From Octopus sinensis (lineage: Eukaryota): a DNA stretch of 64,000 bases. This document shows positions 26,850-37,562 of the stretch, in pieces. The notes under the pieces are model-generated. The model did no database searches, was not told where the DNA came from, and saw only the letters and a program-made list of their open reading frames with translations. Numbering within the stretch: position 1 is the stretch's first letter; each line of letters begins with the position of its first letter. Location: NCBI RefSeq assembly GCF_006345805.1, contig NC_043006.1, forward strand, positions 12,462,001 through 12,526,000, given 5' to 3'. Both the position numbers and the translations under genes were made by a program.

Positions 26850-27090
26850 GCCCCAGCATGGCCACAGACAAATGACTGAAACAAGTAAACGAATAAAAGA
26901 ATACACATATATACATATATGACGGGCTTCTTCCAGTTTACGTCTACCAAATCCCAAATCCACTCACAAGGCTTTGGTCGGCCCGAGGCTACAGTAGAAG
27001 ACACTTGCCCAAGGTGCCACGCAGTGGGACTGAACCCGGGATCATGTGGTTGGTAAGCAAGCTACTTAGCACACAGCCACTCCTGCGCCC
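26850..27090 (-). mobile_element. SINE type B head (minus) abutting a type B tail in the opposite orientation
   Basis: 26915-27090 is the reverse-complement head; 26850-26900 is a plus-strand tail CCCCAGCATGGCCACAG...GAAACAAGTAAA. Confidence 0.65.
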
Positions 27091-27150
27091 TATATATATA
27101 TATATGTATGTATTTATGTCTGTGTGAGTGTGTGCGTATTCATATATATG

Positions 27151-27191
<41 letters not shown>

Positions 27192-27193
27192 TA

Positions 27194-27225
<32 letters not shown>

Positions 27226-27737
27226 GTATGTATGTATGTATGTATGTATATGATTTTTGATTTATCTATTTCCTTCTATCTACACTACGGAAACACTGAA
27301 ATATGTACCAAAGAATATTGGGTTCGACATAATAAACTAGGAAAACTACAAAAGAGATACTCCAGTATGGCCGAAATCCAATGACTTAAGCCAGGTAAAA
27401 TAGCATGTGATAACGAAGAATGTCCTGGATCATATATCCACCTTTTGATTCCTATAACATCACTCAATATGCTGTTTTGCGTTTGCTCTATCAAGCATGG
27501 AGTTACGCATCTTACGTTATGATTAAAAGAACTTCGCTTTTCTTCGGAAATCCTGTTTTTTTTTTTTTTTTTGCTTCCTTTATTTTCCTACGCATGTGCA
27601 CAAGTGCTCTGATAACATTTCCGCTCGAAACTCCCATATTCAATTACGTGTGAGTGCCCCGCTTAGCGATGTGCACGTACATACACTCATACACATACAT
27701 ACATACATACGTACAAACATATATACATAAAAACATT

Positions 27738-27794
<57 letters not shown>

Positions 27795-27891
27795 CATACA
27801 CGTACGCATAGATAGCTTTCATTCACGAATTTATACTGACAAACATTCTATACATGCATATAATACACATAGAGCTATCTATCTATCTATA

Positions 27892-27927
<36 letters not shown>

Positions 27928-27950
27928 AATCAATTTATATATATGTATAT

Positions 27951-27993
<43 letters not shown>

Positions 27994-28019
27994 TAATATA
28001 TATATATATATATACTTCT

Positions 28020-28406
28020 AGACGCAGCGTAGCTGTGTGGCAAGAAGCTTACTTCCCAACCACATGGTTCCGGGTTCAGTCTTACTGTGTAGCACGGACC
28101 AGTATCTTCTACTATATCCTCGAACAGATCAAATCCTTGTGAGTAGATTTGGTAGACGGAAATTGAAAGAAACCCGTTGTATATATGTGCCTCTGTGTGT
28201 GTGTGTGTGTGTGTGTATGTGTGTGTGTGTGTGTTTGTCCTACCACCATCGCTGTTGGTGTGTTTACATGCCCGTAACCTAGTGGTTCGGCAAAAGTGAC
28301 CGATAGAACAAGTACTTGTCTTACAAAGAACAAGTCCTGTGGTGGATTTGTTCGGCTAAAGGTAGTGCTTCAGCACGGCCGCAATGAAATAACTGAAACA
28401 ATTAAA

Positions 28407-28410
<4 letters not shown>
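28020..28410 (+). mobile_element. SINE type B, diverged
   Basis: Recognisable head, core and tail with many substitutions. Confidence 0.75.
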
Positions 28411-28500
<90 letters not shown>

Positions 28501-28608
28501 TAGATATATATATATATAGATATATATATATATATTCGCTAGGTAGTCGCAGATCGATTAATTGTTAGGCAGATATTGCAATAATTGAGCGAATTTAAGC
28601 AATGTATT

Positions 28609-28681
28609 GTCCTTGTGGCGCAGCGGATAGCGCGCTGGACTTCTAATCCAGAGGCCGCGGGTTCGAGTCCCGTCAGGGATA
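28609..28681 (+). tRNA. trnR-TCT: tRNA-Arg (anticodon TCT), intronless
   Basis: Cloverleaf: acceptor GTCCTTG/CAGGGAT, D stem GCGC/GCGC, anticodon arm CTGGA-CTTCTAA-TCCAG, T arm GCGGG-TTCGAGT-CCCGT. Intact A and B boxes. Resembles eukaryotic Arg-TCT tRNAs. Confidence 0.9.
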
Positions 28682-28700
28682 TAATGCTGGTTTACTTTCG

Positions 28701-28945
28701 TAGAGGCGCAATGGCCTAGTGGTTAGGGCAGCGGACTCGCGGTAGCAGGATCGCGGTTTCGATTCTCAGACTGGGCGTTGTGTGTGTTTATTGAGCGAAA
28801 ACACCTAAAAGCTCTACGAGGCTCCGGCAGGGGGTGGTGATCCCTGCTGTACTCTTTCACCACAATGGCGGTGCCCCAGCATGGCCACAGCTCAAGAGCT
28901 GAAACTGGAAAAACAAAAAAAAAAAGAAAAACAAAAACAAAACAA
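28701..28945 (+). mobile_element. Chimeric SINE: type A head and body plus type B-like 3' tail
   Basis: Type A sequence runs to CTTTCACCACAA, then TGGCGGTGCCCCAGCATGGCCACAGCTC...GAAACTGG and an A-rich tail. A second copy lies at 54541-54770. Confidence 0.85.
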
Positions 28946-29369
28946 TTAAATATAAGAAGTGTAAACCACTTAACATGGAAGGCAAACGGCATTAGAAAGA
29001 CAATTGTTTATTTAACCATCACGTGCGTAAATTTTATTTGGATCTCATTAATACATTTATCTGCTTATGTGTGTGAATTTTATATATGCATGTGTGACAT
29101 ATGTGCAAAAAATGAGAGAAAGAAATATGAGCTGGTACGAGGACGTCAGACATGGATTCCGTTAGAAAGTGTGTGACAATGTAATACGCAGTAAATTTCT
29201 TGAAAAGAAGAAAATACGCTTCAGAATTCCATTTAAATATATGACGCCAAATATATAACTTAAATTGATTGGTGGATAACAACCAATGAGATGTGTAGGG
29301 AGGAAAATCTGCGAGTAACACAATGAATGTATGATTATGATTTCAGCTACTCTAAGGAGTAAATTTTAA

Positions 29370-29524
29370 CGTGGACCAAGTTCGTGGGGCAAAAAGTGGC
29401 TACAGGAGGAATCCAGGTGAGCAGATATGGAGATAATGATGAAAATAAAAAAATAAATTATATTCATATCTACTCACCTGGATTCCTCTTATAGCTATTC
29501 TTTACCCTACGGATTTGGTCCTCG
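29370..29524. repeat. 62-bp ungapped inverted repeat (MITE-like hairpin)
   Basis: 29370-29431 versus the reverse complement of 29463-29524: 50/62 identity, 31-bp spacer. Confidence 0.8.
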
Positions 29525-29772
29525 GTAAAGATTTCGGCGGGTAAGTTAAAAATGTCCGGGCGCTACCATTTTCTTTTTTTATATATATTGAGCATCTCTC
29601 GACCTCATCTTTTAACTATGCACACGGACACACATACACACACAAGTATACATATATATACAAACACTGACACATATACATACACACACACACCACACAC
29701 ACACGCACATACATATATATATCTTCTGCATTTTCAGTAACGGATACAAACTACAATAAAACTGAATATATA

Positions 29773-30004
29773 TATTTCTTTACTACCTACAAGGGGCTAA
29801 ACACAGAGGAGACAAACAAGGACAGACAAACGGATTAAGTCGATTACATCGACCCCAGTGCGTAACAGGTACTTAATTTATCGACCCCGGAAGGATGAAA
29901 GGCAAAGTCGACCTCGGCGGAATTTGAACTCGGAACGTAACGGCAGACGAAATACGGCAACGCATTTCGCCCGGCGTGCTAACGTTTCTGCCAGCTCGCC
30001 GCCT
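29773..30004 (-). mobile_element. SINE type C, monomer
   Basis: Reverse complement of type C, little diverged. Confidence 0.9.
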
Positions 30005-31299
30005 TATATAGATGTGAGTAAACACTCAGTCATCCTTACATAAAAAATTAAATGAAAATGTTTGGTTGAGTAATAATACTAACAGAAAGACTATGTATCC
30101 GTTTGAGTAGCTGCGTATGTGAAAGCCTTGCTGAGCGAGTGGAGGGTTGTGAATGACAGTATTATACCATATGCTGGGTCTTAGAAACTGCTCTGTAAAC
30201 TGCCTTCAGCTGAATTTTGACCTAGCATAGCCATCACACTATTTCTGCCGTAGTCAAGGAAACTTCTTTGAACTAAAACCTCCTCAAATAAGATCTTCTC
30301 GAAAAGTATATTATCTCGACTTTCCCATTATATTTTACAACCAAACGTCAGTCTATTTCTTGGGAACATTATTCATTTTATCTCCGTTCTTCAGTTCGTA
30401 TACCTCTTTCTTAACGCAAACTACGACTGTACATATGTCTTCAACACGACCCTTACACACATCAGAAAAAGGAGATCAAACGAATATTTAATGTTTCACA
30501 ATATTAATGTAAAAATATGCTTTATCTCAACAGAAAAATTCGCTTTGCATCTATTCCTTCGAACACCAGCTGCAAGCACCTGCTAGTTTCTTGTCGCTAG
30601 AGATAGCTATTTCATTGTAATGTTTCCTGTAGATGGCGAATTTTTTTTAAATACAGTCCGAAATACAGTAGCTATACGATTCAGCTTCTTTGCAATGTTA
30701 AAATTTACACTGGCTATCTTCATTCATTCATTCATAATGAGACATTTTTAAAAAATTTAACGAACAAAGATTAGTCGAAGCATGGAAAGAGGATTACATA
30801 TTAACAGCGATTTCCAGTTGTATAAAGTTCGGGAAATTAAAGATGTAGAAGCTTACTAATAAAGAGACTGCTTACGATAAGACACGCTTACTTTTTTTTT
30901 TCTTTATTTTACCGAACATAGAGTAAATACATAATTCACACTATCGGAGTTTTTTCAAGAGCTTCATTTTGACATCAAAATATTAAAATGCTGATACGTC
31001 TACTGTGGAAATAATGTGATAATAATGTTTTAATTAACCCCGGGATAGACAAAAGCGAAGGCAATGGCTCAGTGGATTGGTTGTGGTAAAATGTGCGGTA
31101 CTTTGAACAATAAAATATTTTGTTTTCAAAGGAAATATAAAATTATCAGCATTGAGTGAATCCCAATATGGAAATGAAGTGGATTTTGTATGTACACCAT
31201 CATGAGTGAAATATATTTAATTTAATATACATGCACGTGCTCATATACATAGATAAATATGTATATACACATAAATACATACACATATATTCTTCTATT

Positions 31300-31712
31300 C
31301 TTTTATTTATTTCAGTCATTTGACTGCTGCCATGCTGGAGCACTGCCTTTAGTCGAACAAATCGACCCCAGGACTTATTTTTTGTAAGCCTAGTACTTAT
31401 TCTATCGGTCTGCTTTTTCGAACCGTTAGATCACCAGGACGTAAACATACCAGCATCGGTTGTCAAGCGATGTTAAGGGGACAAACACAGACAAACAAAT
31501 ACACACATACACACACACACACACAACACACACACACTCACATATACGATGGGCTTCTTTCACTTTCCGTCTACGAAATCCAGCCACAAGTTTTCGGTCG
31601 GCCCGAGGCTATAGTAGAAGACAGACACTGAAGCCGGAACCATATGGGCGGTAGGCAAACTACTTCCCATGTGGTTAGTAAGCAAGCTACTTACCACACT
31701 GCCACTCCTGCG
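31300..31712 (-). mobile_element. SINE type B, diverged and rearranged
   Basis: Reverse complement of type B tail, microsatellite and head. Confidence 0.75.
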
Positions 31713-31819
31713 CCACATATATATTATTCAAGTATTCCTTTTACAAACACACGCACACACACATACACACGTATATATGTGCATATAGGTAGACATAAAT
31801 CAATACATACACACACATA

Positions 31820-31854
<35 letters not shown>

Positions 31855-32139
31855 GCATACAAATATACATGTGTATGTGTATTTATACTTGTATAAATAT
31901 CTGCATACGTGTGTGTATGAATGTATACATGTATGTATTTTCTCGCCTGCTTTTAATTCTTTCATTTCTTCCTGTGAGGGAAGAGCAGGTTTCTGACAAG
32001 TATGCAAATTTCCATCAGTGAAATGTGGATAACAAAAACAATGTTACATTTGAAACAATAGGAAAGTCTTGCTTATTTTTACTGCTCCACTTACAAATGG
32101 TATTTGCCATGTACGAGTTAGATACTCTCTCTCTCTCTC

Positions 32140-32545
32140 TCTCTTTTACTCTTTTACTTGTTTCAGTCATTTGACTGCGGTCATGCTGGAGCATCGCCTT
32201 TAGTCGAGCAAATCGACCCCAGGACTTATTCTTTGTAAGCCCAGTACTTATTCTATCGGTCTCTTTTGCCGAACCGCTAAGTGACGGGGACGTAAGCACA
32301 CCAGCATCGGTTGTCAAGCAATGCTAGAGGGACAAACACAGACACACAAACATATACATAGACATACATACATATATATACATATATACGACAGGCTTCT
32401 TTCAGTCTTCGTCTACCAAATCCACTCACAAGGCATTGGTCGGCTCGAGGCTATAGCAGAAGACACTTGCCCAAGATGCCACGCAGTGGGACTGAACCCG
32501 GAACCATGTGGTTGGTAGGCAAGCTACTTACCACACAGCCACTCC
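32140..32545 (-). mobile_element. SINE type B
   Basis: Reverse complement of type B, near full length. Confidence 0.85.
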
Positions 32546-32549
32546 CTTT

Positions 32550-33052
32550 TTCTGAAAACCGTTGCATAATAAGTTTGTCCCTAAGTCATTTACTCACAAA
32601 AACAAGCGCGCCAATTAATATTGGTATAAATATGAATTTATAATCCGGATACAGACTTTGGTGATTTGAAGCAGATGTCTACAGTTAATCTCTTCTCTTT
32701 GGTGTTCAAAGAGATATTCACTTCAGTAGGACAGCGGACCTCTATGAAAGTACATGCTTTTTCTTGCCCGTCTCAAAGAACAATATCCGGCCTATTGTGC
32801 TTACACTTCAAAGATATTTTAGTGGGAATGTCCCACCATTAGTCCTTATGTTCATATGTATGTGTGTATTCAATAACAGGAATTCTCTATATTTCTTCCA
32901 GGACAGTCTTTTTTCCTAAAGGCATTGCGTATTACATCTACGACAACGTCGCGTCGCATAGGAAACAGTGCCTTGCTGGCATTTTTGGGTAGGTGTTAAT
33001 CGTATGTGTGATGTCTTCCACAGAAACATCACATGGCCTACATTTTCGATTG
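32550..33052 (-). mobile_element. R4/NeSL-type (R2 superfamily) LINE 3' fragment: zinc knuckle plus restriction-like endonuclease
   Basis: Manual translation across frameshifts gives CRPC..EDITH, MRRDVVVDVIRN, WWDIP..KHNRPDIVL*DGQEKACTFIEVRCP..EK and YPDYKFIFIPILIGAL. These match the C-X2-C-X8-H knuckle and PD..E nuclease motifs. Confidence 0.75.
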
Positions 33053-33388
33053 ATGTATGTACATATGTATGAATGTACGTATGTATGTATGTAATTATGT
33101 ATGTATCTGATTGTATGTATGTGATTGTATGTATGTATGTATGTATGTATGTATGTATGTATGTATGTATGTATGTATGTATGTTTGTGTGTGAGTTTGT
33201 ATGTATGTGTGTATGTGTGTTTATATATCTCTGTATATGTGTATGTGTGTTTGTATGTATGTGTGTATATGTGTGTTTACGTGTGTGAGTATGTATGTAT
33301 ATTTGTTTACGTATGTTTGTATGTGTGCTTGTATGTATGTATGTATGTATGTATGTATTTATGTATGTATGTATATTTGTATGTATGT
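33053..33388. repeat. (TATG)n / (TG)n compound microsatellite
   Basis: Directly visible. Confidence 0.9.
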
Positions 33389-33873
33389 CTTCTGATGTTC
33401 TCGAAATCTAATTAATGTTTCCAGGGAATTTATTTCGCAGAATAAAGAGGTTGATTCGAGCTTTTGTCAACACAACTTTTCATTATTTCCTGTTAGGTTC
33501 TCTATAAGAGTCGTAAATTACTGAAACTATAGCGAATGTTTATCTTTAAAATATTGTAAGTGTCGGAATTTGCAGTAATCCTAATATTAAAACTTTTAAA
33601 TGAACTAATTAATTTTTTTCTTTATGAGTTACGATTAAACCATCATCTCTGCATAATACTAATTCTATAAAATTAAATTCTGAAAGATGATTGTCGAAAA
33701 AAAAAAGAATGAAAAGAAAAAATGCAAACTGCAGATTTCAGCTCAATTGATGCAGAGCGTAGAGACATCGAAAAGCTGGTAGGCCTTATCTAGAATAAGA
33801 ATTTAAAGGTAGAAGAGATTTTCTAAGGATGCATTATACGTAGCTGTAGCCAAATTATAAAGTTTCCTTAATA

Positions 33874-34248
33874 TCTTTATATATAAAAGAGAGGTTGTGT
33901 GTCTGTCTCCTACGATTTAGATTCCTAACTACTCCCACATTTTGCAGTGCAATTTAACCAAAATCGGGTATCTTATAGTCGTGATTCATATCGAACCCTT
34001 CTGGGTATTAGCGCACGTCTACGATGAGTCTACAATTTAAAAAAAATTACCATCATTCTTTTTCCATTTTAATGCATTTTTTTCGCTATTATATGTCTAC
34101 GATGAGTCAACGATTTTTTTAGAAAATTACCGTCATTTTGTTTCCATTTTTAATGCATTCTTTTGCTATTTTTTGGCTATAACTCTCTAAAAATGCTTAT
34201 ATAGTTATTTCCCTTACAAACCCGAGCAACACCGGGCGATACTGCTAG
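33874..34248 (+). mobile_element. Non-autonomous Helitron-like element
   Basis: Starts TC(TTTATATATAAAA) after an A and ends in a subterminal GC-rich hairpin (CCCG...CGGG) followed by CTAG and a T. An internal ~70-bp unit is duplicated. Homologue at 42646-43043. Confidence 0.75.
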
Positions 34249-34778
34249 TCTAGAATAAGAATTTAAAGGTAGAAAAGATTTTCTAAGGATGCATTATACG
34301 TAGCTGTGGCCAAATTATAAAGTTTCCTTAATATAGTTCTATATAAGAGCGCTAAATTTCAACGATGTCAAATTTTGCAATTACGTTCGTTGAGTAAATT
34401 GTCAAAGCAACAGATTAGAGAGGACCTGGTTTTACCAGAGAGGCCGTTCAGTAGATTGCATAATTCTATCATTAATTGCATCTTGTATGATCTTGTTAAT
34501 TATACCTTGTTCACTTTTAGCAGTATTAATAAGTTCTGTTTGGGTCTTTTAATGTAATGTTTGAAGGCTTAACTTTCTTTTCTCTCGTTCATCTTAATGT
34601 ACGAGGCTAATCTCTTTACTGCTTTGCTATTACGGATGTAAGTGTTAATTTTAGTTTCATGCAAGTCTTTGCAGTATTGCAAGAACTGAGTTCTTTACAC
34701 ACTCTTCCTCAACCTTATGAATACTTTTCGTAGAATTTGAAACGGCATTCAATTTTATAGATTTCGAAAACTGTAACG

Positions 34779-35205
34779 TAGGCGTAGAAGTGGCTGTGTG
34801 GTAAGTAGCTTGCTTACGAACCACATGGTTCCGGGTTCAGTCCCACTGCGTGGCACCTTGGGCAAGTGTCTTCTACTATAGCCCCGGGCCAACCAATGCC
34901 TTGTGAGTGGATTTGGTAGACGGAAACTGAAAGAAGCCTGTCGTATATATGTATATATATGTTTATATGTATGTGTGTATATGTTTGTGGGTCTGTCTTT
35001 GTCCCCCTAGCATTGCTTGACAACCGATGCTGGTGTGTTTACGTCCCCGTCACTTAGCGATTCGGCAAAAGAGTCCGATAGAATAAGTACTGGGCTTACA
35101 AAATAATAAGTCCTGGGGTCGAGTTGCTCGACTAAAGGCAGTGCTTCAGCATGGCCGCAGTCAAATGACTGAAACAAGAAAAAGAGTAAAAGAGTAAGAG
35201 TAAAG
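34779..35205 (+). mobile_element. SINE type B
   Basis: Full head, core and tail ending in (GAGTAAAA)n. Confidence 0.85.
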
Positions 35206-35278
35206 AGTATTAGAAAATAGTATTAAGTTATCATTTTATTTATACGGTCCAATTCAAAGACATCTAATATGTAATTTG

Positions 35279-35654
35279 CGTCCCCAAAGTCCATTCTCTC
35301 CTCACCGTGGTGGGGATGCTGGCAACGGGTAGTGCCAGAGCTATGCCGTCGGGAACTTCTGTTCCTGGTAGGGCCACCCAAGGCGGATTGGTCTGACACC
35401 GAGTGGTATTAGGGCCACAACCTGGCAGACAGGGCTCTGGTGAAAATCCTCGGAGTGTCTGCTTCGGCAACTGGAGGCTCCTCGGTCGTTCTGTCCCTGC
35501 GTCTGCGGACAATCTGCGGCAAACAGGATGTCTCCACATGCGGGATTGTTGGGGACCGCTTGTGAAATCCACATATTCCTACGAAACTTCTTCCATTCGT
35601 AGAAGAAGCCGACTCCACCCGCCCAGGGTGAATGTCGCCACAAGTACAAGTAAG
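35279..35654 (+). mobile_element. Retroposed GC-rich insertion, probably a 5'-truncated LINE 3' end (clade unresolved)
   Basis: 14-bp TSD TAATATGTAATTTG at 35265-35278 and 35655-35668. It ends in the short-repeat tail CAAGTACAAGTAAG. Confidence 0.7.
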
Positions 35655-36143
35655 TAATATGTAATTTGTGACAGATATTTTACCTTGAATCCGAATTATT
35701 TCATACTAGATAATCGTTAAAAGGATAACTTTCCATAAACGTACGTTTACTAACACATAGTCTGTTTTACTTTTCTTTCTTTTTTCCCCAATAACCTTAC
35801 ATTTATAAAATATTCCTTGGTGACCGCCATGTTTAATGTGTATAGGAGAAATGTGTTCTGCTATTCTGTATTGTTGATCTCCAACAAAACAATCGAATCC
35901 GTCAATCTAGTGTGGTTTGTGGGATTTGAGTTTATGGATAGATATAGCAATATATTTACAGAGAACGCAGAATATATGATGAAGCAAACATGAGTAAAAT
36001 TCAATGAATTAAACTACATACACACACACATATATATATCGAGAATGTATGTGTATGTAAATATGTGTATGCCTGTTTGTGTCTGTGCGTATGCCTATAT
36101 ATATATTGATGTACACACAATCACACACATACACACACGCACG

Positions 36144-36178
<35 letters not shown>

Positions 36179-37143
36179 TCACACACACGCACACACACAT
36201 ATATATATCGAGTATGTATATGTAAATACGTGTATGTGTGTATGCATATATATATATATATTGATGTACACACACAGTCACAAACATACACACACAAACG
36301 CACGCGCACACACACACAAACACACACATATATAAGTGTATCTGTCCTCCGATCAGAGGATCCCTAAGAAATGCTGTATGGCAAACATGTTTGTGAATAG
36401 TGCCCCCACCGGAAACCAAGGCCACGAAATAAGAGCTGTGTAAAGTCCTCGTTGAAAGCATGTTAAATATGGGAGGTCAATTGGGAAAGCAATGCCTGTC
36501 ATCGCCATTAATGAATGAAGCAAGTAAAGAAAAGAATAACTGGGTTTTTTTTTTTTGTTGAAAAAAAACCATGCATTTTCCATACAAAATTTAAGCTAGC
36601 TGCTCGAAAATGTACGCCAGTTATGGTGAAAGGACGAAGCTTGGTCTGCAATATCTCTGAACGGATGTGTTTTCAAAGGGCTGGATTTAGTTATCAGTGC
36701 AGTTACAAGTGTACAGTATAATTGTACCTGAATGCTCAATGTTCTCAATGATCAGTGCTGTTCTTCGTTGGTCACGAACGGACAGCTATCATGTGTGTGT
36801 ATATATAAACAATAAATTGAAATATAGAGAAATACAATTGAAAATCTAACAATTTATATGTATTGTAGTATAATATAACATAAGATAAGATAAAATTGAA
36901 AAAATTATTTAAAAAATCCAAAATGCCAGTAATTTGTCTCGACTTCTATACATTATTTGATTTATAAACAATTCGTATCCATGTATAGAAAATCTCTTCA
37001 GGAATTTGGTTTGAAAAGACAGACGAAATTCCATGTAAGTGGTCTGCCATATTATACAGACAAAAGGGTAATGTTTCGAACGCAGTGTAGCCGTGAAAAC
37101 AGCAGAAAATCGGGTATTATTACCCTTATAATTTGGCCGAGAA

Positions 37144-37472
37144 GTGAGGGCGCGTGGCTTAGTGGTTAGGGCATTCGGCTCATGATCGTAAGGTTGTGAG
37201 TTCGATTCCCGGCGACGCGTTGTGTCCTTGAGCAAGACACTTTATTTCACGTTGCTCCAGTCCACTCAGCTAGCAAAAATGAGTTGTACTTGTATTTCAA
37301 AGGGTCAGCCTTGTCACTCTCTGTGTCACGCTGATTATCCCCGAGAACTACGTTAAGGGTACACGTGTCTGTGGAATGCTCAGCCATTTGCACGTTAATT
37401 TCACGAGCAAGCTGTTCCGTTGATCGTATCAGCTGGGACCCTCGTCGTCGTAACCGGCGGAGTCTTTTTTTT
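37144..37472 (+). mobile_element. SINE type D (different tRNA head and core, type A 3' half)
   Basis: Head GGCGCGTGGCTTAGTGGTTAGG...GAGTTCGATTCC, core CCTTGAGCAAGACACTT, then the type A tail. 15-bp TSD TAATTTGGCCGAGAA at 37129-37143 and 37473-37487. Confidence 0.9.
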
Positions 37473-37491
37473 TAATTTGGCCGAGAACGTG

Positions 37492-37562
37492 GGCAGCTTT
37501 GTTTAATGGTAGAGTCGTCAGCCGGTATCCGCCGGCGGCGGGTTCGAGTCCCGTTGCTGTCT
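37492..37562 (+). pseudogene. Degenerate tRNA-like sequence, GGT at the anticodon position
   Basis: Intact T arm GCGGG-TTCGAGT-CCCGT, acceptor GGCAGCT/TGCTGTC with 6/7 pairs, A-box-like TTGTTTAATGG. The anticodon stem has only 3/5 pairs and the D stem is weak. Confidence 0.55.

Noticed and set aside
32902-32990. Plus-strand exon candidate TVFFPKGIAYYIYDNVASHRKQCLAGIFG with good-looking splice sites
   Set aside because: It lies antisense within the RLE retrotransposon fragment, which explains the sequence better. It also shows that such exon-like signals arise by chance here.
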